Below are positions 16,909-24,998 of a DNA stretch of 40,986 bases, in pieces. Source of the DNA: a virus. Its lineage: Duplodnaviria > Caudoviricetes. A program made the position numbers and the translations under genes. Location: the IMG/VR virus record IMGVR_UViG_3300048896_000068, positions 1 through 40,986 of that record, one strand, 5' to 3'. The notes under the pieces are model-generated. The model ran no database searches, had not been told where the DNA came from, and saw only the letters and a program-made list of their open reading frames with translations. How positions within the stretch are numbered: position 1 is the first letter of the stretch; the number at the start of each line of letters is the position of its first letter.

Positions 16909-17410
16909 ACATGAAAATCATTATTATATGCACGCTGACGGTAGAACCTCTCAAGACTGGATGGGTATTGCTTCGGATAATTCCGTAAAAGTTCACACTG
17001 GTAAAGATTGCATCTATGGGACATGTGGTAGAGCAGCAGCAAAAGTGATTGTAAAAGCATTACTAAGTAGGACAAGAGATCCTCTTAAAATGGCTAAGCT
17101 TTTACACCATAAAGATTTTAAAGACATTTTACAGGAATCATCTACATTAGTTGCCACAAAAAAACATGGTTGTTATTCTATCAATATTAGAGGAGCTAGC
17201 CTATTTTCTCCTAAAGCGGATCATAGTATTATTACATGGGATTTAGATACATTGCCCCAAATTTTAGGATCTGGCTTTTTAAATGTTAGAACATTACTTG
17301 CACAATATGATAAGCCTACACCGGAGCAAGTCAGAAAAGCTATTGAAGATTCTTATAAGGTTAACCACACCATAGGCGGATTGATTTCAGAGGTTAAATT
17401 AAAATGTTAA
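16886..17410 (+). CDS. Ntn-hydrolase, proteasome-beta/HslV-like protein (paralog 2)
   Basis: Thr after Met, ADGR (Asp17), VKV, GTCG, LGSG, TIGG; AGGAG RBS. Confidence 0.75.
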   Translation: MTVIVLSKHENHYYMHADGRTSQDWMGIASDNSVKVHTGKDCIYGTCGRAAAKVIVKALLSRTRDPLKMAKLLHHKDFKDILQESSTLVATKKHGCYSINIRGASLFSPKADHSIITWDLDTLPQILGSGFLNVRTLLAQYDKPTPEQVRKAIEDSYKVNHTIGGLISEVKLKC

Positions 17411-17503
17411 AATTTGATGAATATGACTTGAATATTATTTTAACTAGTTTATATTTTATAAAGTTGAATTTGTTTTTAGAAAATAGCTTTGAGGTGTTTT
17501 AAA

Positions 17504-17806
17504 ATGAAAAGTAGGTTGTATGCATTTAATTTACAATTAGAATTAGATAAATATGGAAATAAGAATCTATGGATCAGTGGGGTAGACATCCCTATTTGTC
17601 AACATGACTATCAAGGCAATTATACTTTAGGTAATGGAATTAAAAGATTATTTAAAAAGTTATATGAATATGAATCGTCAGATAGGTTAAATATAACAGT
17701 TAATAGATTAGTAGACCTAGTAAAGGAATATGAAGACTCAAAAATAGATGATGAATTTAAAGAAGCTGTTGCAAAAGTCTTACAAGATTGGACAAAATTA
17801 ATTTGA
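17504..17806 (+). CDS. Hypothetical protein
   Basis: GAGGTG RBS before ATG 17504. Confidence 0.65.
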   Translation: MKSRLYAFNLQLELDKYGNKNLWISGVDIPICQHDYQGNYTLGNGIKRLFKKLYEYESSDRLNITVNRLVDLVKEYEDSKIDDEFKEAVAKVLQDWTKLI

Positions 17807-18678
17807 AACATAATAAATTATTACTAATCTTTTTATCATTCATTTTGCTTGGAGAAGCAATATTTACCGGCCTATTACCAGTTTCCAGAGGGCATTTATT
17901 CTCCCTATTATCCTCTAAGCTTCCAGGAATCTGGATCGCATTGCTTTTATACTTCCTAACTTACTTTGCTATTGACTTTTTCCAGTCTTTCAAAGGCTAT
18001 ATGGTTTTAAAAGTTTCTTTGTGGTATCGAGAGATAAGGACAAGTTCAATAGTGGAACATATTAAATTTAGAGATAATTCAAGGGAACCAGAGGACTACT
18101 TGTGGTCACTTAAACATTGCTTACCTTCAAATACACCTCAAAGGATCCAAGAAGATATTAAACTTTCTTATTGGTCACGTATAGAAGTGTGGTGTGAGTA
18201 CATTGTGAGTACAGTAATCTTAATGCAACTATTTTTACTAAATTTGAGTGAACCTACACTAATTATTTGTGCTTTAATCTATGCCTCTGTAAGCGTCTTC
18301 ATTGCCTTAAAGTTTAATCCCCGGCTAACTACTGCTGAAATATCAAGTCAGCAAGCTGAAGCCTGTTTTCGTACTAGTTTGGTTGCTTCTATTACTGACA
18401 TAGGATTACTTAGCTTTGTTAACAGTACGCTGATGAAGGCTGCTAGAATTAGGACTGAGTATTTGCTATTTACCAAGTTACAACTAGGAATAGTTGCTGT
18501 TTTACCTTATGCCATATTGATTCCTAAGTTGATGTCTGGTAGTATGGATTTAGGTACATTAGTGAAGCATCAAGCTACTTTTGCTTTAATAGTTGTAAAT
18601 GCAGCAGTATTGATTCAGATGTTCCCTAAATTGATTCAAGGTAAAGCATCTGAAACACGAGTAAAGGAGATTATATAA
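17788..18678 (+). CDS. SbmA/BacA- or YddA-like transporter transmembrane domain (no ATPase)
   Basis: Several TM helices; NTPQRIQEDI (cf. NPDQRIxED), EACFRTSL (EAA-like), LPY..L.P...SG...LG. Confidence 0.8.
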   Translation: MDKINLKHNKLLLIFLSFILLGEAIFTGLLPVSRGHLFSLLSSKLPGIWIALLLYFLTYFAIDFFQSFKGYMVLKVSLWYREIRTSSIVEHIKFRDNSREPEDYLWSLKHCLPSNTPQRIQEDIKLSYWSRIEVWCEYIVSTVILMQLFLLNLSEPTLIICALIYASVSVFIALKFNPRLTTAEISSQQAEACFRTSLVASITDIGLLSFVNSTLMKAARIRTEYLLFTKLQLGIVAVLPYAILIPKLMSGSMDLGTLVKHQATFALIVVNAAVLIQMFPKLIQGKASETRVKEII

Positions 18679-18947
18679 TGACAGCAGTAATTATAGCAGC
18701 AGCGGCGGCAGCTTCGCACATAGGCGGACATTCAGACAGTACTAGTGATGAATCCTCTAGTATGACATTTAAATATGATATATCAAAAGACGGTAAATAT
18801 ATTACGGAATGTACTTATATAGATGGCAAGCAATCTGAGTGTGCAACATTTCAATATAACCACGAAGGAACCACTTTATTTTTTGCTTTCTTTTGCTTAT
18901 TTTTATTGTTTATATTATTAGTTACAGCAAGCAGTAAGGGTAAATAA
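18678..18947 (+). CDS. Small membrane protein
   Basis: AAGGAG RBS; C-terminal TM. Confidence 0.6.
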   Translation: MTAVIIAAAAAASHIGGHSDSTSDESSSMTFKYDISKDGKYITECTYIDGKQSECATFQYNHEGTTLFFAFFCLFLLFILLVTASSKGK

Positions 18948-19147
18948 TGAGTAAAGACGGACCACACACAGACGTAAATCCGAATGTAGAACTAAAATAT
19001 TTAGTGTCTAAAGTTGAAAATTTGGTTAGTGAATTAGTTACAGATACTAATATGCACATACCTAACCATTATTGGAAACAATACAACGATAGACTAAAAG
19101 AATTAGATTTGTATATCGACACACTAGTAAAAAGGGTAAATAAATGA
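18947..19147 (+). CDS. Hypothetical protein
   Basis: Coupled ORF. Confidence 0.6.
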   Translation: MSKDGPHTDVNPNVELKYLVSKVENLVSELVTDTNMHIPNHYWKQYNDRLKELDLYIDTLVKRVNK

Positions 19148-19197
19148 TTGCAGTATTCAATCAAAGAAAATAAATGTGATTCTAAAAAGGAGGTCAA

Positions 19198-19530
19198 ATG
19201 AGTTTTATATTAGGTATGGCAGTTGGTATGCTTATGGCGGGCAATAATCAGCAAAATGTAAATAAAAGCTGTGAAGATACTGTGCAAGGCTACTATGCGG
19301 TAGTAGATGTAGAAAGAAAGCTAGAATCAGACTGGATATGGCACGATTATAAATCATTTTTTATATTTGCTAAAACTGAAAATGAATGTTATTTTAAATT
19401 AAGACAGTTAGGATCTAGTACTAAATCTGAATTTAGAGCAGACGGAACGTGTCGAGAATATACGAGGTCGGAAGGTCCGCCTATAAACGATGTAGATCCT
19501 AAGCCACTACTTAAGGAGATCCTTAAATGA
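19198..19530 (+). CDS. Hypothetical exported protein
   Basis: AGGAGG RBS; hydrophobic N-terminus, three Cys. Confidence 0.65.
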   Translation: MSFILGMAVGMLMAGNNQQNVNKSCEDTVQGYYAVVDVERKLESDWIWHDYKSFFIFAKTENECYFKLRQLGSSTKSEFRADGTCREYTRSEGPPINDVDPKPLLKEILK

Positions 19531-19609
19531 AGGTAGACTTTTTTTATGGATTTCATCCGAAAAGTGAAATTTATATTTATCATGCTAAATTTTATATAAT
19601 AGCTATGAG

Positions 19610-20143
19610 GTGGAAACAATGACCGTAGTTATAAACTTATGGGCTGGACCTGGAGCAGGTAAAAGCACTACAGCAGCAGGATTATTTTTCCAAATGAAGC
19701 ACGCTAGGTATAAATGTGAATTAGTTACAGAATATGCCAAAGAGCTTTGCTACTTTGGAAACTTGGCTTCTACTCCTCCATTAGACATTTTAAAAACTCA
19801 AATTAGAAGGCAGGAAGTTTTAAGAGATAAAGTAGACTATATTATTACAGATTCTCCAATATTACTATCTTGCATATATAATCCTAAAAACCGCTTAATG
19901 GAAAAAGTGGCGTGTAATGCGTGGGAATCATTTACTAATATAAATTTTTTCATAGATAGAACAAAGAAATATGATTTATATGGTAGAACACAGAGCGAAG
20001 ACGAAGCACTAAAGATTGATGAAAAAGTTAAATCCTTTTTAAATCGGAATCTGCTTTCTCATTATTATGTACCGGGTGATAAATTCGCTCCTTTTCATTT
20101 AATGGTTAGATTGGGGATGGCAAATGAAAAAATTAATGACTGA
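19610..20143 (+). CDS. P-loop kinase/ATPase (NadR/AAA_28-like)
   Basis: GPGAGKST, ELVTEYAKEL, IITDSP, GRTQ. Confidence 0.85.
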   Translation: METMTVVINLWAGPGAGKSTTAAGLFFQMKHARYKCELVTEYAKELCYFGNLASTPPLDILKTQIRRQEVLRDKVDYIITDSPILLSCIYNPKNRLMEKVACNAWESFTNINFFIDRTKKYDLYGRTQSEDEALKIDEKVKSFLNRNLLSHYYVPGDKFAPFHLMVRLGMANEKIND

Positions 20144-20324
20144 AGAAGAATATGCAAAATTTTGGGATACCAGACTTCTTATTAGAGATTTATTACTAAG
20201 AATTAGTAACACTCAAAATGGAAAAGAAAATAGAATTGCTATGAAGCTTAGAAGAACTCAAAGAGAATTACAAGCACTTATGTATGCATATAGACAATAT
20301 GAAGAGGATCAAGACATTGAGTGA
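20124..20324 (+). CDS. Hypothetical protein
   Basis: 66-aa ORF in operon. Confidence 0.55.
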   Translation: MKKLMTEEEYAKFWDTRLLIRDLLLRISNTQNGKENRIAMKLRRTQRELQALMYAYRQYEEDQDIE

Positions 20325-20865
20325 TATACATTACATGTTTGATATAGAATGTTTAGGCACTGGACGAGATTGCATCATAGTATCTGTAGGCGCTGTTAAG
20401 TTTAAATTAAAAACAGGTGAAATACTTGATACTCAATACTGGGATCTAGGCTTAGGAGAACAACAAAGAAAAGGTAGATCTATTGACAGTAGTACTATTA
20501 TGTGGTGGGCTAACCAATCATCAGATGCTCAATCCGCCTTGCGTGCAACAAATAGATGTGCTATAATTGATTTTATAGGACAGTTTAATAAGTTCATTCA
20601 GGAAAAAGGCTACTACTGGGCAAAGGGGACTAATTATGACCTTGAAATCATCAGTGATTTATATAAACTTTATGGACAAAAAACACCATTCAAATATTCA
20701 AAATGGCTCGATGCAAGAGTCTATTACTACACAGGTAAACAACTTGGTATACTTCCCAAATTCGAGAATGCGTGCCCTCACAATGCCCTTGACGATGCGA
20801 TATTCCAAACAAAAGTGGTGTGCAAAGTATTCGGAGCTATACAAAGCAATGTGGGAAAGTCTTGA
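20284..20865 (+). CDS. DEDDh 3'-5' exonuclease (DUF5051/Rv2179c-like)
   Basis: MFDIECLG, SVGAVKF, TIMWW..Q, WAKG..YD, HNALDDA. Confidence 0.9.
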   Translation: MHIDNMKRIKTLSDIHYMFDIECLGTGRDCIIVSVGAVKFKLKTGEILDTQYWDLGLGEQQRKGRSIDSSTIMWWANQSSDAQSALRATNRCAIIDFIGQFNKFIQEKGYYWAKGTNYDLEIISDLYKLYGQKTPFKYSKWLDARVYYYTGKQLGILPKFENACPHNALDDAIFQTKVVCKVFGAIQSNVGKS

Positions 20866-20910
20866 TTCACCATTATATAGAAACGATAGTGAAATGGATT
20901 TAGGCCCACT

Positions 20911-21093
20911 ATGAAAACTTATACCAAATTACTAGAAGAAATTAAAGACCTAAGAGAGAAATTCATATCAATTCCTCACTATTACGGGATGTTAAGACGT
21001 ATAGAAGCAGAAAACGAAGATTTGAAAAAGAGAGTTGAAAAGTTAGAATCTGAACTTAGAAAGCCAAATCCTAGATTATTAGGGCCGATGTAA
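20911..21093 (+). CDS. Coiled-coil hypothetical protein
   Basis: 60-aa ORF. Confidence 0.55.
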   Translation: MKTYTKLLEEIKDLREKFISIPHYYGMLRRIEAENEDLKKRVEKLESELRKPNPRLLGPM

Positions 21094-21221
21094 TGAAAAT
21101 ATATTGTGGATATTGTAGTAGAGAAATAAAAACTAAAATGATAACGTTTACTTTGTCAGGAACACCTAAATGTAAGAGTTGCAAGCGTAGAATAACTTTG
21201 TTAAAAAAGAAAAGGCAATAA
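21093..21221 (+). CDS. 42-aa Zn-ribbon protein
   Basis: CGYC...CKSC; TAATG coupling; translated by hand. Confidence 0.6.
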   Translation: MKIYCGYCSREIKTKMITFTLSGTPKCKSCKRRITLLKKKRQ

Positions 21222-21223
21222 AA

Positions 21224-21502
21224 ATGAATATGCTTAAATATTTCACTCTTGGATCACAGTACACACTGGGGTATAGTCACATGACAAATAAGTTGCACGA
21301 TCTGTTTCCTAAAGTAGGCGATGTATGGATAAACAGAAAAAATTGGACTGTATATCACTTAGATAAGCCGGGCGAGTGTGTTAATGGTTATTGGTGTAAT
21401 GGAAAGGGTATATTTGTTACAGAAAAATATTTAATAACAAAATGTGAGCTATTAGAAAGACCGAAAATTTGGCGTAAGGTTAAATTGTTAGATAAGGGGT
21501 AA
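21224..21502 (+). CDS. Hypothetical protein (KOW-like start)
   Basis: PKVGDVW. Confidence 0.55.
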   Translation: MNMLKYFTLGSQYTLGYSHMTNKLHDLFPKVGDVWINRKNWTVYHLDKPGECVNGYWCNGKGIFVTEKYLITKCELLERPKIWRKVKLLDKG

Positions 21503-21505
21503 AAA

Positions 21506-22108
21506 GTGCGAGAATCTTTAGAGACACAATATTTAAAAATGCTGCTTTGTAGTCAAATGGAATTTGATACTCAATACTCTAAAAATATATTAGGATTTCA
21601 TGCTGAAAAGCGTATCTGCCACTATTTAAACCATCTAGCTAAATATAGCAATGATGATGACTTCAAAGTTTTTATGAGAAATAAAACCTACCATAAAACT
21701 AAAACTGACTTCTTGATTATCATACTTTGTTTGTTAAATATGTCTGATCAAAAGCTTGATACTACTCAGACTATTACTAGTCAATCTTACAATAGTCTCT
21801 TAAAAACTATTTTCTTTAAAAAAGATGAATGGGATCATACAGCTAATCTTGAATGGAAGGATAGTATGTTTGAATCACTAAAAGTACTATATCAAAAGTA
21901 TATACACGATTTTGGTTTTATTAGCATGTCTTGGCTTGACCAAAGGCGTAAAGAGTGGTACAATAAATTAGAAACTCAAAAACTAAAAGATCACGCAAAT
22001 GATACTTTGGAATATGTTGATAAGTATGAAAAAGGTAAAAACTATGAACGTAGACGCACTGGTAAAAGAAACACTACAATCTCTACAAAGACTAAAGTCG
22101 GATCCTGA
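21506..22108 (+). CDS. Hypothetical protein (200 aa)
   Basis: AAGGGG RBS, GTG start; no motif recognised. Confidence 0.7.
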   Translation: MRESLETQYLKMLLCSQMEFDTQYSKNILGFHAEKRICHYLNHLAKYSNDDDFKVFMRNKTYHKTKTDFLIIILCLLNMSDQKLDTTQTITSQSYNSLLKTIFFKKDEWDHTANLEWKDSMFESLKVLYQKYIHDFGFISMSWLDQRRKEWYNKLETQKLKDHANDTLEYVDKYEKGKNYERRRTGKRNTTISTKTKVGS

Positions 22109-22241
22109 TTCAAACTGCTTGCATGTAGCACTATATAAAATGTTCTTTGCGGGCATAGAGTTTGAAAAGGAATATCAGCAAAAAGAATTAGAGCGTATTC
22201 GAGAAGATATAGCAGCCTATTACGCAAATAGAAAGGTATGA
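22044..22241 (+). CDS. Hypothetical protein
   Basis: AAGG RBS before ATG 22044. Confidence 0.55.
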   Translation: MNVDALVKETLQSLQRLKSDPDSNCLHVALYKMFFAGIEFEKEYQQKELERIREDIAAYYANRKV

Positions 22242-22373
22242 AATAATGATTAGACATTCGAATTATAAAGATTGGTTCCCGCCGTTGGCAGTTTCAGAGA
22301 CTAAAACCGAAGATTTAAAACAATTGGCCAAACGTATCGAAGAAGAACTTCTAAAAAGAAAGGAATAGAAAAT

Positions 22374-22574
22374 ATGAAAGTTACTAATGATAAATCCTTT
22401 ACACCATATGATATTTCTATTGAAAGTTATGACGAACATCTAGCACTATGCGATATTTTAGACTCTAAAAAGCATGAAAACTCTTGTTATAATCATAGAT
22501 CTTTTTTAAACAAACTTCAAAATGCTATCTATAAATCTAGACGGGCAGTAGAAAATATAAACATATTTACTTAA
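22374..22574 (+). CDS. Hypothetical protein
   Basis: AAGGA RBS. Confidence 0.55.
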   Translation: MKVTNDKSFTPYDISIESYDEHLALCDILDSKKHENSCYNHRSFLNKLQNAIYKSRRAVENINIFT

Positions 22575-22590
22575 CAAGAAAGGAGATTAC

Positions 22591-22863
22591 ATGAGCTTAT
22601 CTAGAGAAGATAAAAACGAAATCATTATAAGCTTACATGGTGTTTGTGAAGATATGCTCATGAATGACCGCGACAAATGCTATTCTGCTTGCAAATATAT
22701 ATTCACTCCAAATCCTCTTAATTATCAAGACAAACCAAAAAAGACATTAATGCAAACTAAAAATTATATTCGAGTTTATTATAAGGACGAATACTTAGGT
22801 ATTGCTCCTAAAGCTGATTCTAGATTTGACGAAAAAGGACAGTTTATAGAGGATAGAATATGA
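22591..22863 (+). CDS. Hypothetical protein
   Basis: AGGAG RBS. Confidence 0.6.
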   Translation: MSLSREDKNEIIISLHGVCEDMLMNDRDKCYSACKYIFTPNPLNYQDKPKKTLMQTKNYIRVYYKDEYLGIAPKADSRFDEKGQFIEDRI

Positions 22864-23078
22864 ATTTAAAACAGTTTAGACAAATTCTTAGAGAGTTGAG
22901 ACGTAGAACAAGACTATCTAAAGATAAAAAATTTTTAGATACTCCACAACCTAAACAAGATTCAGAAATATTAGATGTTTTAAGTAATACTATTTATAAC
23001 TTAGAGTGTGAACAAAGAAGAGTCAGACATTTAATTAGATCGGATTTAAACCACGTAGAAAAGTGGATAGATGAATAA
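22860..23078 (+). CDS. Hypothetical protein
   Basis: ATGA coupling. Confidence 0.55.
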   Translation: MNLKQFRQILRELRRRTRLSKDKKFLDTPQPKQDSEILDVLSNTIYNLECEQRRVRHLIRSDLNHVEKWIDE

Positions 23079-23311
23079 TGTATCTAGACTGGATCGCGTC
23101 CGGCATCGGCATTTGTGGCTGCTATTTAGTAGGTAAGGGCAAACGTTATGGATGGCTTCTATTTGCTTCGGCTTCATCAATCAATATTTATATCGGCTAT
23201 CATGCAGGGATGTTGGGGCTTGCCGCTGGTTGTGCCTGTTACTTCATGCTCGAAATCAAAGGATGGTGGTATCACCATCACCCAAAATCCGACGATAAGG
23301 AAAAAACATGA
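23078..23311 (+). CDS. Half-size PnuC-like 3-TM protein
   Basis: LDWIAS..GI.G.YL....KRYGW...GWW. Confidence 0.65.
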   Translation: MYLDWIASGIGICGCYLVGKGKRYGWLLFASASSINIYIGYHAGMLGLAAGCACYFMLEIKGWWYHHHPKSDDKEKT

Positions 23312-23502
23312 TTACCCTATATGCAATAAACACAGATTACAAGAACTTGAGGACAGAAAAAGAGGGATTTACGCGACATATAGCTGTAGAGGTGAGTGAC
23401 GGAGGAGATCTTGTTTATCACGAAATTAATTCTAAAGAAGAGTGTGAAAATCTAATACAGATTTTACAAACATTAAGTTTAAAATGTTGGGGGACCGAAT
23501 GA
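23308..23502 (+). CDS. Hypothetical protein
   Basis: AAGGA RBS, ATGA coupling. Confidence 0.55.
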   Translation: MITLYAINTDYKNLRTEKEGFTRHIAVEVSDGGDLVYHEINSKEECENLIQILQTLSLKCWGTE

Positions 23503-23738
23503 CACAAAAATTAATTAGAGTTTATACTCAATCCGGCTGTGAGCCTTGCGAACGCACAAAACAGTATCTACAAGACAAGAAAGTATATTTTAAAGAGTAT
23601 GACATTAAAGATAAAGGGAATTATTTATCATTTAGAGCATTAGGCGGAGCGTGTACACCATTAATAGTTATTAACGGGAAAAGAATCGTAGGGTTTAATT
23701 TAGAGGAGATAGAAAAAGCTTTAAAGGCATATAGTTGA
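23499..23738 (+). CDS. Glutaredoxin / NrdH-like redoxin
   Basis: VYTQSGCEPC, TP.I.ING..I.GF. Confidence 0.92.
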   Translation: MTQKLIRVYTQSGCEPCERTKQYLQDKKVYFKEYDIKDKGNYLSFRALGGACTPLIVINGKRIVGFNLEEIEKALKAYS

Positions 23739-23753
23739 CAAATACGTCAACTA
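23732..23753. terminator. Inverted repeat at the convergence of the two transcription arms
   Basis: TAGTTGAC-AAATAC-GTCAACTA. Confidence 0.5.
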
Positions 23754-23765
23754 CATGCATTATGA

Positions 23766-23900
23766 TTAACATTTGTGTTTTTGATGACTTCCTGCTCCTT
23801 TAGGGGGAGAGTGTTCATTTTTAGCAAATGCACTATTAGCTATTGTCATCATCATAACCATAACCAGAACTGCTACGCTTACGTGTTTCATTATCATCAT
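23766..23900 (-). CDS. Short secreted peptide overlapping the upstream gene
   Basis: GAGG RBS; (MMI)MKHVSVAVLVMVMMMTIANSAFA|KNEH...; signal-peptide-like. Confidence 0.45.
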   Translation of the reverse strand: MMIMKHVSVAVLVMVMMMTIANSAFAKNEHSPPKGAGSHQKHKC

Positions 23901-24060
23901 ACCTCTTAAATGGAATTGTGCTATCTTCATGACTAAACCAAGATTTAAAAAATGGCCTATCACTACTTTCTACTTTCATATGAAATGTAGGAACCAATAA
24001 TATTTGTAAAACTACTATAACCCCTACACCAAATATAAAATACTTTGCTTTATCATTCAT
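23836..24060 (-). CDS. N-terminal TM protein downstream of the endolysin
   Basis: GGAGG RBS; single TM. Confidence 0.6.
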   Translation of the reverse strand: MNDKAKYFIFGVGVIVVLQILLVPTFHMKVESSDRPFFKSWFSHEDSTIPFKRYDDNETRKRSSSGYGYDDDNS

Positions 24061-24535
24061 TGAATGCCCTCCTTACTATGCTGTCATATACTTCTTGTAA
24101 CCTTTTAGGATAATTCGGATCAGTTGCGTAACCACATTCTCTCAATTCATCAAAAGCTTCTTCAACCGATTCACTTTCTAATACAGGTTTGTATCTAGGC
24201 CGCTCCATAAGTGCCCTATGTGCTTTGAAGCAAGAAATATGGTCAGGGAACTTAGCAAACTTGGCTCTAACTTGCTTGTCTTCTCCGTCTATGTGTTCCC
24301 ATGTAGGATACTCATCATAGTCAACCCCTTCCCGGCCAAAATTACCATTTTCATCAGTCTTGGCTTTCATCCCGAATAAATTATTATCCCTTATGGCAAG
24401 CTGACTCGCTCCGCGAGGGCTATTCATATGGCTTTCATGAATACCTTGCGAAACTACTACACGCTGCATAATTGGATAATCACTATAAACTTGCTTTGCA
24501 TCTTCGACTAGATTTCGTAAAACTTTTAGATCCAT
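24053..24535 (-). CDS. Endolysin, GH73 glucosaminidase (FlgJ-like)
   Basis: Q...ES, NNLFGMK, T.E, F.K.P, GYATDPNY. Confidence 0.93.
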   Translation of the reverse strand: MDLKVLRNLVEDAKQVYSDYPIMQRVVVSQGIHESHMNSPRGASQLAIRDNNLFGMKAKTDENGNFGREGVDYDEYPTWEHIDGEDKQVRAKFAKFPDHISCFKAHRALMERPRYKPVLESESVEEAFDELRECGYATDPNYPKRLQEVYDSIVRRAFNE

Positions 24536-24547
24536 TTCTTACCTCTC

Positions 24548-24657
24548 AAAAAAGATAACCCGACTGGGTGAGGCCGTTACAACTATTATATACCTTAAGT
24601 GTCTTACTGTTTCTTATGTATGAGTAACTTTTCTTAATGCCTTGTCGGGTGTTTATC
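24548..24657 (-). ncRNA. Putative ~110-nt structured RNA or attenuator ending in U6
   Basis: Nested pairings GATA/TATC, ACCCGAC/GTCGGGT, AGGC/GCCT, GTTAC/GTAAC; begins right after the tRNA-like CCA. Confidence 0.45.
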
Positions 24658-24744
24658 TGGTTTCTCCGATGGGATTTGAACCCATATCTCCAGCACTTGT
24701 TATAATATGGCCATCTGGCGCTAACCTGATTAAGCTACGGAGAA
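24658..24744 (-). tRNA. tRNA-like gene with an aberrant 21-nt anticodon loop (anticodon not assignable)
   Basis: Acceptor TTCTCCG/CGGAGAA + ACCA; D-arm TAGCTTAATCAGGTTAGC; stem CCAG/CTGG; T-arm ATGGG-TTCAAAT-CCCAT. Confidence 0.85.
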
Positions 24745-24848
24745 ATTCTTTAAATTAGTGCCACGTTTATTCTCACCTTTGTACAAAGGCTGTGGCTTGA
24801 GGGCCTTACACGTCAAATAATTGACGCTAGTGGTAAATGGTCATTTTG

Positions 24849-24926
24849 TTAACTCAGTTCGACCTCTGAGAGATATTGGATCACCCCCTTAGTAGCAATC
24901 AATTCGTTGATAAAACTATGTTTCAT
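24849..24926 (-). CDS. 25-aa peptide MKHSFINELIATKGVIQYLSEVELS
   Basis: AGGAGG RBS just downstream of a promoter; translated by hand. Confidence 0.5.
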   Translation of the reverse strand: MKHSFINELIATKGVIQYLSEVELS

Positions 24927-24966
24927 CTTGATTAACCTCCTATTAGGGTGTCTATATTCTAAATTC

Positions 24967-24995
24967 AGCATACACTAATTTATATACTAAGTCAA
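24967..24995 (-). promoter_or_regulatory. Late-type promoter for the ncRNA/endolysin locus
   Basis: TTGACT-17-TATGCT with TAAATTAGTG in the spacer. Confidence 0.75.
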
Positions 24996-24998
24996 TAC

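Noticed and set aside
21506-22108. Divergent telomere resolvase or integrase
   Set aside because: No tyrosine-recombinase catalytic pattern recognisable; left as unknown
24853-24870. Second tRNA on the + strand (CTCAG-TTCGACCT-CTGAG T-arm-like)
   Set aside because: No acceptor or anticodon stems found, and it is antisense to the local promoter
24658-24926. tmRNA
   Set aside because: No G3:U70 alanine identity pair and no internal tag reading frame in the tRNA-like body
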